Shown here: positions 13,133-26,698 of the stretch, one piece after another
Position numbering within the stretch: position 1 is the first letter of the stretch
Layout: each line of letters starts with the position of its first letter
Origin: Octopus vulgaris
Taxonomy: Eukaryota
DNA length: 64,000 nt
NCBI GenBank assembly: GCA_951406725.2
Contig: OX597817.1
Span: 119,226,001 to 119,290,000, forward strand
Reading direction: 5' to 3'
Made by a program: the position numbers and the translations under genes
The notes under the pieces: generated by a model
What the model was told of the DNA's origin: nothing
Database searches by the model: none
Seen by the model: only the letters and a program-made list of their open reading frames with translations

Positions 13133-16100
13133 ATCGAATAGCAAAATCTCAGCCTTAAATTCAGTAAACATTAAAAAAAATGACTGAATTTAAGATATTA
13201 AAAGCCCTAGAAACATTTCATTAAAAATGCCAACGATATAATATATTTAAAGAAAGTTATATTTTATAAGACTGATAAAGACTGAGAAATAAACTTTCCT
13301 AGTGATCTGAATAGGAACATATAAGAAACGGTATTTTAATTTATGGAATCATTTGTTAGCCTACAAGTTTTAAAAACATGGTGACATAAAACTCTGAAGT
13401 GCTGAGAGTGAGTTAACAAAAATACAAAAATTACTAAGTTTGTGTATTCTACATTTCTCTTTAAATTTGAATATTTCCTTGAGAAATTTCTCTTTTGCAT
13501 GTTTATTTTCTTTTTACTATTTAATACTGCTTTTCAAGAAGCTTTACCAAATCAGTTAGATAGTATTCAACATTTTTTTCTTCTTTTGTAATTTATTCCC
13601 TGAGAAATGACAATAGGTTTTCTATCTTCTAATGAATTTGACCATTAATAAGCACACTTCTTTTAATTTATCCAGTTGGATTTTAAATAGCTTTCCATGA
13701 AAATGCAAGTATGCCTTTCAACTGCTAACATAGAATTTTAATATAAAAGTTTTGAACATATTTCAGACTCTTTTCACTTTAACAATTAAAAAAATGAATT
13801 CTTATTATCATATTTACAAGATAAAATCAAAGACTAGATTTTTTAATTAACTATTGTAATTACAGTAAGAAAATAAGAAATCTTTTGGTGTAAAATAGAT
13901 TTTAATTAGCTTTCTTAGTTCCAGAAACTTGACCTGTATTGCCTCATATTTGATGATACGAAATAATAATTTGGCAAATGCAGAATATGCTTTTTAAAAT
14001 AAAACATAGAAGCTAATGAAAAGAATATGCCAACACATTATATGAAATAGTGCATATAACTATAGAAACAAAACAACTATTTTAGATATTTAACTCTGGT
14101 TATTGATGTCACCTAAATTTATCATTGTATCAGGAAATATTGAAGGTTTCTACCCCATCTAAGTCTGCTAATAAGTAAAAGCAACAGCAAAAGGTAGGTA
14201 AAGAAAATAAATAACATGATAAACACTGATTGAAAAAAAAATAAAAAAGATGTTGAATGATTTTACTGGAAATGTGTGATATTTAGTCAATGAAATAATT
14301 GCTTGTAATCAAATATTGATTATTATACTTAATGAGAAGAAACACTTAGACATAAAAGAAAATTTTTAAAAATTAAAATAAACAAACAGACGAAAAAGGA
14401 TTCAAATGAAGAAAAGAAAAATAAACAGAAACACTAATAATTTTTGATTGCCAAATTGAAACACGTAAGTATTGATAAAAGGAAATTAAAATTTGGAAGA
14501 AGTGATTATATACATTGCTATTCGAGAGAAGAAACTTGGCTTATTTCAGCATAATTTGTATGTGCTGGAACAATATATAATCAGTGACGACCAAGTGTAA
14601 CACCAATTAATCATCAATTGAGAAAGTGAACAAGGATTAAGAAGTTCTTTTGCAAGCATCTTTTTCTTTGCTTCTTCCTAATTAGAGAATGAATAGATAA
14701 TGAAAAGATAGAAATCACTCAAATTGTTTCTGGCTTTTTGAGGAAAAGACAAGGAGGTTAAATCTTGCCATAAAACTGATTGTGCTTCTTGTTTTTTTCT
14801 CTTTCTTTCTTTCTTTTCTCTCTCTGTCTGTCTCTGTCTCTCTCTCTCTCTCTTATTATCATTACTATTATAGCTGAGGTATTGCCGCTGAAGTTGTGCA
14901 CAAAGAAAACATGACAACTTGTAAGTGCAGTGCTTTTAATTAGTAAATTGTTTCTTGAAACTAACCACTATTATTTGGGATGCTGAAAAGAACATCAAAT
15001 TCTCACTTTCACGAAAAGAGAATAGAATATTGATTCCGCCAAATATCTACAAGATAAAGAACTGTTTGCAAGTTTCAATATTTCAGACGAAATGAAGAAA
15101 CAAGTTGCAAATGAAAGCAGCAAATTATTAAAGTAGATCAAAACCTTGTATTACTACAAAAGGGAAGTGAATAATAAATGCCACAGACAGTGCTGTTCTT
15201 TGCATAGGTCACTTGGTTCATTTATTTTTTATTGAAACTTGTTGGTTACTTGTTTCAAATGAGCTAATCATTGGCTTAACATATTCTTGATGGTAATGGT
15301 GAGAGTGACAAGGGAATGTAAGGAACTTCATTGCTAAAGCACCGAAATTTAAATACACCAATATGAAGTAGTGAGAGATACAGAAATGCATTCAGATGTA
15401 CATGTATAATAGGATTCTGTACAGTTTTCATGTAACATATTACGCTCAAAAGATATTCGTCAACCTGGGGCTATGGTTAGAGACCTCATCAGTAATGGGA
15501 TTAAACTAGAAACCCTGAACCACATGGCTGCTAAGTTAATTCCTTAACCAGAAAGCAATGAGAGCTAAAAAACATATGTTAGTTGCTTCAGTACCACTAA
15601 CGCTGAGGAACATACTATTACATATGTAAACAAATGTTCCTTGAATAAAAATGAAACCAGAATCTTTTAGTTGATTGTAAATGTACTCTGTTATATTTAT
15701 TACAATTCTTATGACATTAGCAACATCAGTAAAGAGATTTTAAAACAAAAATTGAAACAATATTGTGGGATGTGAGCTCCATTAATTCCTTAAAGACAAA
15801 GCATCATTCAAATTTTCCTCCTTGCTATTACATAGTCAGTGTATGTAGGACATTGGCATCACTATCTAAACAAGCTCCCATCATGGTTAACTATCTTCAA
15901 TGAGTTTGATTGCAACTGATGTCTGTAATTGTAATAAGCCACAATTATTGTCGAATAGATGCCAATTTGAAACTCGTGGTTTGCCAATCCTAAAAGGATC
16001 ACTTTTCCAAAATATCAGGAACACTGTAATACCATTAGCCTTTGGCTACTGATTGTGTTGGACTGGCTTAAGCACATAACTAAGTCAATCATTAAAGCCC

Positions 16101-16327
16101 AAGATTGGCACTTGTTACAATACATCTTTAATAATTTAATTCTGCCTTATTGACTACTAATAGACACTTCCCACTCACGCACAAAGGAAGCTCTTGAAAT
16201 AATGTACAGAAAATGTTGGTCAAAAGATAGGTCAAGAGAAAGATCAACTCTTTGTTACCAGTTGACAATCACTACTCCCCATGGTGGTGGTGGTGATGGA
16301 GGTAGTAGTGATTATGATGATGATGAT

Positions 16328-16495
16328 CTAAGCATAAGGGCAACAATTTTGAAAGGACTGGGCCAATCAATTAAATTGATCCAGTACTTGACTGGTACTT
16401 GAATTTATTGATCCCAGAAGGGTGAAAGGCAAAATTGATTTTGAACTCAGGACACAATGAGCCAGAACAGATACAGAAGCAATTTGTCCAATTCT
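16328..16495 (-). mobile_element. Decayed SINE family A copy
   Basis: ACTGGTACTT..TTTATTGATCCC..GAAAGGCAAA..TTTGAACTCAG blocks are shared with 9061-9294. Confidence 0.7.
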
Positions 16496-16514
16496 ATAAA
16501 GAACAACAACTAAT

Positions 16515-16793
16515 TCTCCCCATTATAGGCACAAGGCTTGAAATTTTGAGGAAGAGGATAGTCAATTAATTTAACTTCAGTGTTCATCAGGTACTTATTT
16601 TATTGACCCAAAAAGTATGAAATGCAAAGTTGATTTTGGTAGAATCTGAATTCAGAAAGTTAACAGCTACAACAAATACACATTATTTACATTTGATGGA
16701 TATTTGTCCTCATCTTGTTTATTGTTAACACAACATTTCGGCTGTCTTGGGGAAATTTCAAAACTGGATTCTCATTCCTAAGGTATTTTTCGA

Positions 16794-16827
<34 letters not shown>

Positions 16828-17043
16828 ATGAGAACCCAAGTTCGGAATTTTCCCAAAACGCCTGATGAAGGCTGGAGGGTATATCAGCAGAAAAGTTGTG
16901 TTAACAACAAACAAGATGAGGACAAATATCCATCAAATGTAAATAATGTATATAATTCCTCATCTCTTAAATAAAGAACTATACAACAAACACAGCACGG
17001 AATTCCTTCTGATGCTCTAATGATTCTGTCAACTCACCAACTT
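16515..17043 (-). mobile_element. SINE family A copy interrupted by the 16681-16981 insertion
   Basis: SINE body at 16515-16680 resumes at ~16995-17043 (TGATTCTGTCAACTCACC). Confidence 0.7.
16681..16981. mobile_element. Inverted-repeat element with hammerhead-like core, probably a Penelope-like inverted pLTR pair
   Basis: Arms ~16680-16776 and ~16827-16949 are reverse complements around a (TTA)n centre. The right arm has CTGATGA-AGGCTG-loop-CAGCA-GAAA-AG-TT-GTGTT (16862-16902). Flanked by TACAACAAATACA (16668-16680) and TACAACAAACACA (16982-16994). Confidence 0.75.
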
Positions 17044-17067
17044 AATAATAATAATAATAATAATAAT

Positions 17068-17300
17068 TTCTTTTATCTTTTACTTGTTTCAGTCATTTGA
17101 CTGCAGCCATGCTGGAGCACTGGCTTTAGTTGAACAAATCAACCCCAGGACTTGTTATTTGAAAGCCTAGTACTTATTCTACGGTCTCTTTTGCCAAACT
17201 GCTAAGTCACGGGGATGTAAACACACCAGCATCAGTTATCAAGTGGTGGTGGGGGAGACAAACACATACACACACTCACACACACACACACACACACACT

Positions 17301-17338
<38 letters not shown>

Positions 17339-17490
17339 CAATGAGCTTCTTTCTGTTTCTGTCTACCAAATCCACTCACAAGGCTTTGGTTGGCCAGAGG
17401 CTATAGTAGAAGACACTTGCCCAGTGGGACTGAACCCGGGACCATGTGGGTGGTAAGCAAGATACTTACCACACAGCCACTCCTGTGCCT
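17068..17490 (-). mobile_element. Near full-length tRNA-derived SINE family B (octopus OR1/OR2-like, CORE-type) with internal (CA)n/(TA)n
   Basis: Minus-strand head GGAGTGGCTGTGTGGTAAG..GGTTCAGTCCC, then GGGCAAGTGTCTTCTACTATAG, with tail TGACTGAAACAAGTAAAAGA. Flanked by (AAT)n on both sides. Confidence 0.85.
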
Positions 17491-17496
17491 ATAATA

Positions 17497-17552
<56 letters not shown>

Positions 17553-17556
<4 letters not shown>

Positions 17557-17762
17557 CCTTTCTACTAAAGGTACAAAACCTAAAATTTGGTGGAAGGGGA
17601 CTGGTTGATTACATTGAGCCCAGGGTTTCATTGGTACTTAATTTATCAACCCCGAAAGGCCGAAACCAAAGTTGACCTCAGCAGAATTTGAACTCAGAAT
17701 ATAGCGACAGATGAAATACTGCTAAATATTTCATCCTAGTGATTCTGCCAGCTCATCGTCTC
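17553..17762 (-). mobile_element. SINE family A copy within (AAT)n
   Basis: GGTACTTAATTTATCAACCCCGAAAGG..GTTGACCTCAGCAGAATTTGAACTCAGAA..GATTCTGCCAGCTC. Confidence 0.85.
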
Positions 17763-18329
17763 AATAATAATAATAATGATAATAATAATAATAAAAAAGG
17801 TAGTTACAAAGTTAATGACAATTACAAAACAACAATTAGTATCTATATCAACATCACCATCATTATTATTATTGTTTACACATGTGTAGGTGCAACTACA
17901 ATGAAAATAAAACTGAAGCAATAAACGAAAAAAGAATGAAGAATTTTATGACTGCTCAATCCCGAATAATATACTTTCCAAAGTTGCTAAGATAATTTAG
18001 AAGTCAAGTCAATAATAAAATCATCTACTTCTTGAGGAATAGTTTCATTTGCTTCAAGTAATGCAGAAGTTAAAATTAGGCAATCAACATAAATATTTAC
18101 AAGGGAAGAAAAGCCAATGACAATATTAAAACAGAGTAAACCTACAACTCTAATTTGATTAAAATTGGTGATAATAAGAATGACACTGATAGTAATATTA
18201 ACTAAGACTTTTAGCAATGCAGTTGAGTAAATTTTCTATGCATGACCAGGTTTTTCCATTAATTATATATGAGAAATATATATTGAAAGAGTGACTGAGT
18301 TTTAATATTAAGAAAAAGAAGAACAACTC

Positions 18330-18800
18330 AACTTCCATCGCCATGCTCTTTTACTCATCAGGTGCTTTGAGGGTCCATGCTGACACTTCATCACCAGAAT
18401 TTCATCTCCTTTTCCAGTTCCATCCTGGTCATTTCCACCCTCCCTTCTATAATGTATGTGTTCATGTAGCCCCTTTACAGCAAGAAACCTGTTCAGTTCT
18501 AGCCTATTCTCCCATACTTTAACTTCTTATCTTCTGGCATAAGGCTGCTTGCCTCTCTACTGTAATGTCACTCAGTTAAAGAAGACATTAGTCTTGTAAG
18601 TGGCATGATGATCCCACTAGAGCTGATATCATGAGTAACATGCTCACTACAATTTGTACAGTGGTTGGTATTAGGAAGGGCATCCAGCCATAGAAACCAT
18701 CCTAATCAAACACTGGAGAACAATGCAGTCCTCAGAATGGTTAAATCCTATGAAACGATCCAACTCATGTTGGTATTGATGATGATGATTATGATAATGA
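18330..18800 (+). mobile_element. Longer decayed family D retroposon copy
   Basis: Ends in GTGGTTGGTATTAGGAAGGGCATCCAGCC...(GAT)n as at 9781-9941. The 5' boundary is approximate. Confidence 0.55.
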
Positions 18801-18876
18801 TGAAGAGGAGGAGTTGATGGTGATGAAGCAATGATTGAGTAGGAATGGTAAAACACTAGACTAAATATAATATGTA

Positions 18877-19180
18877 CAGGGTGACTGAAAAGTAACTTTG
18901 TATTTTAAAATACTTATAAATCATTTGTTAATTGTAATTTTTGCAAAAAAGTGGATATGAGAAGGAAGCTTTTAGTGTGAGGTTTTATTTGAAATTTGAT
19001 ATGGGCCCCAAATGTTGCCACCAGCTTCTTGAGTCACCTAAGAATTGTATCAATTAATTTCATCAGGAACTCTTGTAGGATGGGAGACATAACTTCTAGT
19101 ATTCACCTCTCAAGTTCTTCTGAAGTCTTTGGTTTGGTACAGTAGACTTGTTCCTTTAACCAACCTCTAAGAAAGAACAT
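18877..19180 (-). mobile_element. Tc1/mariner-superfamily transposase 3' fragment plus terminal repeat
   Basis: Minus-strand translation FFLRGWLKEQVYCTKPKTSEELER*ILEVMSPILQEFLMKLIDTILR*LKKLVATFGA resembles the DFFLWGYLK.KVY..P.T.EEL motif. The element end reads TA|CAGGGTG. Confidence 0.75.
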
Positions 19181-19617
19181 GCCCAACTGGACTAGACATT
19201 ATTGTTAGTTTAATAATAACAATAAAATGCTAAGTGTATAATCAAAGAACTACTATATAAAATTTATGTAAGCCCCAAAAGATGATTATGGATTCATAAC
19301 CATAAATCTAGTCAACATTACAGAATGACTTATTTGGAGTAGAATATATATATCCTAAATAAGACAAGAATCATATTTCTTACTTAGAACAAAATGTGTC
19401 ACAATAGTATGGGAAGAAAATAAGCTATGCAGATCATATTATTTACTTCTTTATTATGTGTCTCTAAATTTTTGAATTTGAAGTCGAGCCACAGTCAATA
19501 TTTTCAAAAATGATCCAATGATATACTTTTCCTTGATCTTTTCTTCAATCAAAAATGACATTATTAAATAAAGAATTCATTATTATTAAAATACAAACAA
19601 ATATTTTGTGAGCTGGT

Positions 19618-19698
19618 GAAAACATTGGGGTCGATGTAATTGATTAGTCTCCTCCCACAAAATTTCAGTCCTTGTGCCTCTAGTAGAAAGGATTATCA
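19618..19698 (+). mobile_element. SINE family A 3' fragment
   Basis: TGGGGTCGATGTAATTGA..AAAATTTCAG.CCTTGTGCCT.TAGTAGAAAGGATTAT matches the reverse complement of 17553-17625. Confidence 0.75.
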
Positions 19699-19699
19699 T

Positions 19700-19915
19700 T
19701 GTTATTGTTACTCAGTCTTAGGGCAGCCATGTCTGAGGAAAGCTATGATCAAAAGTGTTCTAATATTGATAACCCCTTTCTTTTTGCATATCAGCCACTA
19801 TTTTATCTAATATATTCTTACGTATTTAGGATGATGGTAGAGTGTGATATAAGGGAGACTGGTTTATTAATTCTAGCCAGTCAAGTGACTGCACAAAAGC
19901 TTCTTCATTGACTTG
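19700..19915. repeat. Decayed interspersed repeat (related pieces ~48115-48300 and inverted ~54400-54540)
   Basis: Shared CAGCC.TG..CTAT.AT.AAA.G..TTC and GATGGT.GAG..TGA..GTGAC blocks, judged by eye. Confidence 0.45.
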
Positions 19916-21949
19916 TGAAAGCTGATGGCAATGTTCATATCATAAAGAGATATAAATCATAAATTGTAATATAAAGAGAAAATGATTGACCCAAACTACA
20001 GCAGTGTAAGTTAAATTATACATTACTCTTAGTTTCAAAATGTGTACCCTTGTCCTATTTTCTAAACATTGAGATATTTTGAAAATATCTGGTTAACATC
20101 AATTTCTAAGAATGACACAGTAATTGAATCCAAGCATAAAACATCCTCCTTTTTCTGATTCAGTAAAAAAGGTTTTCATATAACAAGAGAGAAAACAATG
20201 CATTTCTCTATGGGATGTTTCCAGACAAATCAAATTATGATAGGTAAGTGCAGTCATAAGAAGACAACTAGCTGCTTACTGATCATAAGTTGAATCAAAA
20301 TGACAGTGAAGCAATCAAGATTGAAATAAAAGTATGTTAACTCTTTCTTTAACCACTGTACACATTGTAGGTTAGAAGATTTTCAGCACTTAAGCAAGCT
20401 ACTCAATCCTCCGCTCTCATGAACACAAATAAGATGTGTAGTAAATGATTGCTTTGTCTATACATAACTGAAACAAACAGTAGAGCAGTATGTTTAATGG
20501 ATTAGTCAGAATATTTTGGTTGATTAAATAGCTTCTCTTATGACAATGAAAGCATGGACGGTGTTATAAAAAACAATTGAAACTACCCAGACAAAATAGA
20601 AAGAAAAAGAGAAAGAAAGAAAAAAGAAAGAAAGAAACAAGACAAGCATTAGCATTTGAGGGTCTTCTTTGGGTGTAGGAGAGGCAATATCTGATTTTCT
20701 TCAGAAATTTAATTTGACAATGAAATCTATTAACAATGTCCACTGAAAAACCAGGAAGTTACTACATGAATCTAACAATCTGGACTACCATGGATCATTA
20801 CTGTGTAGAAATAAGAGATCATTATCTAAAGTAAACATTATTTTTTCATACCTAGTAATGCATTATCATCATGCAAAGAATGGTTAGCTGATTAACTGGT
20901 TGACTGGCACTGGAACTAAGCAGCCTTCAAAATTCAATCTATAATAAAATCCTTACAATATATATATATAGAGGCTATTTTGAATTGATAAACCAATAAT
21001 ACCCTTCCTTAAGCTAGAATTTACTGTTTCTTTTAACAAAAAGACTACCAAATCTATTTATTTATTTATTGTAAATGTCTCTAAAAAGCCTAATATTAAA
21101 ATGTAAACAATGCAACGTCCAAGGTGTATAAAATACGAAAGACTGACAAATGAAAAGAAACAGCATAGTATAATTGGTAAAAATTTTGACTGGAAATGAT
21201 CATTAGCTCTGCTATACAATTTTTAAGGACTAATAAACAAAAATTTGAATGCCTACAGCTCTGACAATGGTTTTTCCCAATGAAATTTTAGTTTTGGAAT
21301 AAGTAGTCTCCAAGTAGCAATTACTGGACATTTTCCCAAAAGAAAGAAATATCCAGTCCTTCATTCATTTCTTTTTCTTCTACACATCATATCACCTAGC
21401 TACATCTCATTCCTCTCATTCTTTCCCCCTATTTCTGCTTCCTACCCTCTATCTCTGCTTATTGTCTGTCCCTCCAAATTTCTTTAACTCACCAAATCAC
21501 TTCCATTATTTTCATCTTTATCTTTGTGAGAAATATTGACTTATGAACTGCAGATGCATCTATATATATTGGCAAATGGCAGTTATTTCAGAGAAAGAGA
21601 GAGAGAGAGAGAGACTAATGAACAAAGCCATACTTTTCATACATTCCACTTGGCAACCTAGAAATGATGAATGGAATAGCTTTGTTAATGGTGTCAACAA
21701 TGACAATAACAGATGTGGATGTTTATGATGTGTGCATCTATATATTATAATAGAACATGTGCATGTGTGTGTGTATGTGTGTGTGTGTGCGCGTGTGTGT
21801 ATATATCTTCAAATAACCTATGAATGAAAATGTGTGTGTTTGCATGTGCATAAAACTTATGTAAATGCATCTGTGTTTAGATGTGCATTTATACGAGCAG
21901 ATACACACACATATATGTGTATGCGTATGTGTGAGTTCGGCTGTATAGA

Positions 21950-22460
21950 GGGACAGCAAGTTAACCCTATGGAGAGCCCAGATGTTTTGATTACATTTAT
22001 ACACTCAGAACAAATATCATGTGAGCACATGAGTAATTGGAACAGATGAATTTTATTTAGGAATCACAAGCCTTAATACCTTCATGCCTCTGATCCTTAT
22101 GTTGCAAGATATGCACAAATCTCTTCCTTTCTGCCTCACTCTTAACCAAATATATCTGCTGCCTAGCTGCCCTTCCAGTAATTTGATAATGTCTCCTCTC
22201 CCTGCTATCACCTTCCTTCATTTTGCAAGCATGTCTATTAGCCTTTACCAGTCACATCTTCATTCCACCACTATGTCACTTTCAGCATGGCTGAGGCTTT
22301 TCTCCAGCAATATGGCAGGTTATTTAATAGAAATTCCCCGTTTTCATCTCACCTGCAGATCAGTTATTATTTCTTTAAATCTGCTCCCAATTATGGATTA
22401 TGGAACCTTTTACTTTCCATATCTTCTTTCTCTATATCATTTCAGGTTTCTAAGTCTACC
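21950..22460 (+). mobile_element. Possible very decayed LINE RT 3' remnant
   Basis: C-rich block with GQQVNPMESPDVL and LWNLL-like remnants; weak evidence. Confidence 0.3.
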
Positions 22461-22510
22461 TAGCTTATATATATATATATGTACATACATGTATGCATAC
22501 ATATATGTGC

Positions 22511-22544
<34 letters not shown>

Positions 22545-25500
22545 TTGTGTGCGTGTGTGTTTATATATATATATATATATTCATATCTATATATAAAACA
22601 TACATACAAATATATAAACACACACATATATGTGCAAAACATATAAGATGAAGCTTTATTCATATTATACACTTACAGCATTAAACAGAATTAATTTTTA
22701 ATATACATACATATCTGTCAATGGGGGTTCAGTCTTCCTGATTTAATGGAAAAGAGAAATGTGCTTAAGTCATTCAAATATATCATAAGTATGTTGTAGT
22801 ACACACACACCATATGCACAAAGTTATGTGTGTGACAAGTGGCACTATGTGCATACACACTCGTTTCAACTTCATGCATTCCCCCAACAAATGTGAAGAT
22901 TGTTTTAATGCAAAATGTGAGGAGTCAGTATAGATGACCTATAGGATCAGAATTTGAGTTCAATACTTACAGATTAATATTCCAGCATTTAAACTTTGTA
23001 TTTAACTTCTATTTGTTAGATGAAAATAAGTGGATCAACTATATTATCCCTGCCACTATCATCAATATTTTTTATTTAAAGTCCATGTTTTCTATATTAG
23101 CTTTTTGAATGGGTATACTATACTACATATCATCATCTTTTAATTCTATACCATTTTTCCAAGTTTGTCTTGCTTTTACTCTAATATAAGTATCCTCTCC
23201 CCAATAAGCAATGCACAATATGTTTTTTATCCAACATGTTTCTACAATTCAAATTGCATTTTCTCTCCACAAAACACAAGCAATTCTTTTTCTGAACAGT
23301 TACTTTTTTGATATATTTCTGCATGACCTTATTCAAAAATTAACATTATACATTTTGTGGATCATTTTCCTCTGCTATAGAGTGTTATGATTCCTACAAA
23401 TGTATTTGCTCAAACACTGATAAGTAAAAAAAAACCAAAAAAAACTTCAAGGCAGTTTGTTAATACAATAGGATCGTAATTGTTTCTATGATAAACCTCA
23501 TCTTTAGAAATGAAAGATATGTAGCCTAAAACTTATCAGTGGGTCTCTTTCTCTTTTAACTCTCAAATTACTGCTTATATTAAAATCAGTAGCTCAGTGG
23601 AAGTTGAATACAACAAAAACATAGCAAAAGGGAGCAATCAACATGTAGCTAATTAAAAGTAGAAGTTTATTAATAAATATATTAATAACATGCTAAAATG
23701 TTCTTACTGGTGTAATGAGCTGACACATGCTTACATAAAGAGTAGTAATGCCATGATATTCAAATATAAATAAAGGTTCAACAATATGCATGTTGAGAAA
23801 GAAATCACTAATAGTAAAGTAGATTATTCCTTTACTACGTTCTAGCATTTAATATAATGATTTTCATGTGTTCTGATTCTGAATCTTTAATAAATATTAA
23901 GTCAATTTCTTTCCTGCTTCATGACATATTTGTCCAAAGTAGAATACAAGCTTTAGAATTTTGTGATCAGATGTTTAACACATGTCATAAGAAACTTGCA
24001 TTTTGTGTTTCTATTTAATCATTTAATATTTATTTTTTTTTATTTTATTTAACATATACTTAGCACAATTGATATAAGTTTATAGTTATATTTCAACAAA
24101 CTGAATGTTGGAGACTGTCAACTGTAATTAAACTATTTCTATAACTCAGTGTATGAATTAAATAACTTTCAAATAAGTTATTTGACATGAGTGGAATGTC
24201 TAATCACATAAGTCTAAAGTTTGATTCCTACAATGGGAGAATTTATTCACACAGAAATTATTTGAAATCTTTAAGAAATTTTTCTTCATATCTATTAAAG
24301 ACTCAGAATAAATATAAGAGAAAATCAGTATATTAAGTATTGTATCTGTAGCCAATAGCTGTAAGTAATATATTTTAATACTGTGAGTATAAATACATAT
24401 TCACCACATGGTTTAGAATTATTTGATGTTTTCCCTTCTAAATTTCCTGGAAATTCCCTGATTTGTAAGAAAAGATACTTGGTAATTCGAAGTCCATTTT
24501 AGAACCAATTACTTGAGTAATGATGATAACTAATGTACATTGAAAGAGATTGAAAGAATTAGTTCAAAATTCTAATCAACCAACCTCAATATCTTAAGAA
24601 AAAACATTAGAAACCATTTCTTACAGATTCCAATGTCAAATTACTGAGTGAAAGCAATTTAACATATAGCAACAAAACTGTTGATAGCCAACAAAGAACT
24701 CCAAAAGTAAACAATGTATTTAAGTTTTGAATTGGCAATTAACAGTAATAACCAACAAAATTATAATTCTACCTGAAATGTTATATTTTATTCTATTTCA
24801 ATAAAAGTGGTTGTAATATGGGTTATTAATTTTTATTGTAACCAATGTGCTTTGTCAAGAGTATTACTATTATTATTTTTAATATTATTTTCATTAGCAA
24901 TAGCAACAACAATAACATCAAAAGACTTAGTTGCAATGTAATTATTGTAATTATGTACTTGATGTTAAAGTAATACATTAAAAATTTAAAGATATTTTCA
25001 ACAGGTGATATTTTGTCTTGTATAATTTTAAAATTTAGTAAAATAAACATTTAGGATATTTTTTTTAAAACTTTTCTATTAGTTTTATTATTCTATAATA
25101 TCTATTATGATTATTTAGTTTACGAAAAATGTATAACTAAAAATATCAAAAAATAAAAAATAAAATAAAGATATAATTGATGAAACCAAAATTTTGTTGA
25201 TATAAGGGAAAAAAATTTGGTTGATGAAAAGATAGTATCAAAATGTCGTAAGCTATTACAAACCCATTAGTTTTGTTGAAGAACACTAATGTGTGTTTTT
25301 ATGAGTTAAACATTTATTTAATACTTTCTGAGAAAAAAAAATGAAAATAAAAACAAATTTAGGGAAAAAGACAAGAAAACATGTGCAGTGAATAAAACAA
25401 AAAAAAAAAGAATGCCTTAGTTCATTATTTTTCAATAGTCTTATCTTAGTTTATTTCCAGAGAACAAGCCATATATTGTCAATATCTTTAAAATAAAGAC

Positions 25501-25740
25501 ATATTTCTGTGAGAGACAGAAAACATTGTTTCACTCAAGTGAAAGATGAAAAAAAAAAAAGAAAGGAAGAAACAAATATTACGAATCTATTCTTATATTC
25601 AGTTGTATGAAATCTCTTATCACGAATCTTTCACATGATAATTATGATAATGGTTATGACAGTGGTGATGATAATAATGACAATTCATGATTAATTTGTA
25701 ATTTTCTTCATCAAATGCTCCTTTTCCTTTTTAACAATGA

Positions 25741-25742
25741 TG

Positions 25743-25793
<51 letters not shown>
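25741..25793. repeat. (AAT)n microsatellite
   Basis: Directly visible. Confidence 0.95.
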
Positions 25794-26247
25794 GTCATAG
25801 TAGTAGTATGTACTTTTATACACATTAAATATTAAGGTATTAATATAGGCTGCAAATTAACGTCTAAATAACTATTCACTATCATTATATTCCTCAATCT
25901 TTGAGATATATTGAGTCAATATAGTGACAAATTTGTGGATTTTATATTGTTTTGTTTTTCATTTTTTTTTTTTCCAACTTTATATTTCATCATTTATGAC
26001 CATCTAGTGCTATATTTTCTTTTGTATAAGCTTCTACAACAATATTAATAATTTTATTTCATTGCATCAAATTATAAATTAGCTAAAATAGTCTTAACAA
26101 AGTTGCAAATTAATGAGCAATTCATTTTGTTGGTCTTGCGTTGAACTACGTTCAATATGATTTTCTATATTTTATGCCTCTTGTAATTGATCAACAAATG
26201 TCATTGGTCATTAAACTAAGACTTATTTTCTGAAAAGGATCAAATAT

Positions 26248-26698
26248 TCTTTTATTCTTTTACTCATTTACTTGTTTCAGTCATTTGACTGTAGCCATGC
26301 TAAAGCACCACCTTGAAGGGCTTTTTTTTTAGTTGAAGAAAATGACCCCAGGTTTTATTCTTTGTAAGTCTAGTACTTATACCAACAGTCTCCTTTGCTA
26401 GACTGCCAAGTTAGGGGGATTCAAACATACCAACACCGGTTGCCAAGCAATGGTGGTGGTGGTGGGACAAGCACAGACACAAAGACACATACAAATAAAT
26501 ATATACATATATATTTCATCATCATCATCGTTTAAAGTCCGTTTTCCATGCTAGCATGTGTTGATATACATATCACAGGCTTCTTTCAGTTTACATTTAC
26601 CAAATCCATTCATAGGAGATGCTTGTCTCAGGTGCTATGCAGTGGGACAGAACCCAGAACCATGTGGTTGAGAAGCAAGCTTCTTATCACACAGCCAC
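26248..26698 (-). mobile_element. SINE family B copy with nested family D tail (26517-26562)
   Basis: Colinear with 17068-17490 (TTTACTTGTTTCAGTCATTTGACTG..; CAGTGGGAC.GAACCC.G.ACCATGTGG..CACACAGCCAC). Confidence 0.85.

Noticed and set aside
20880-20912. TGGTTAGCTG resembling part of miR-34
   Set aside because: No seed match in the right position and no precursor hairpin.
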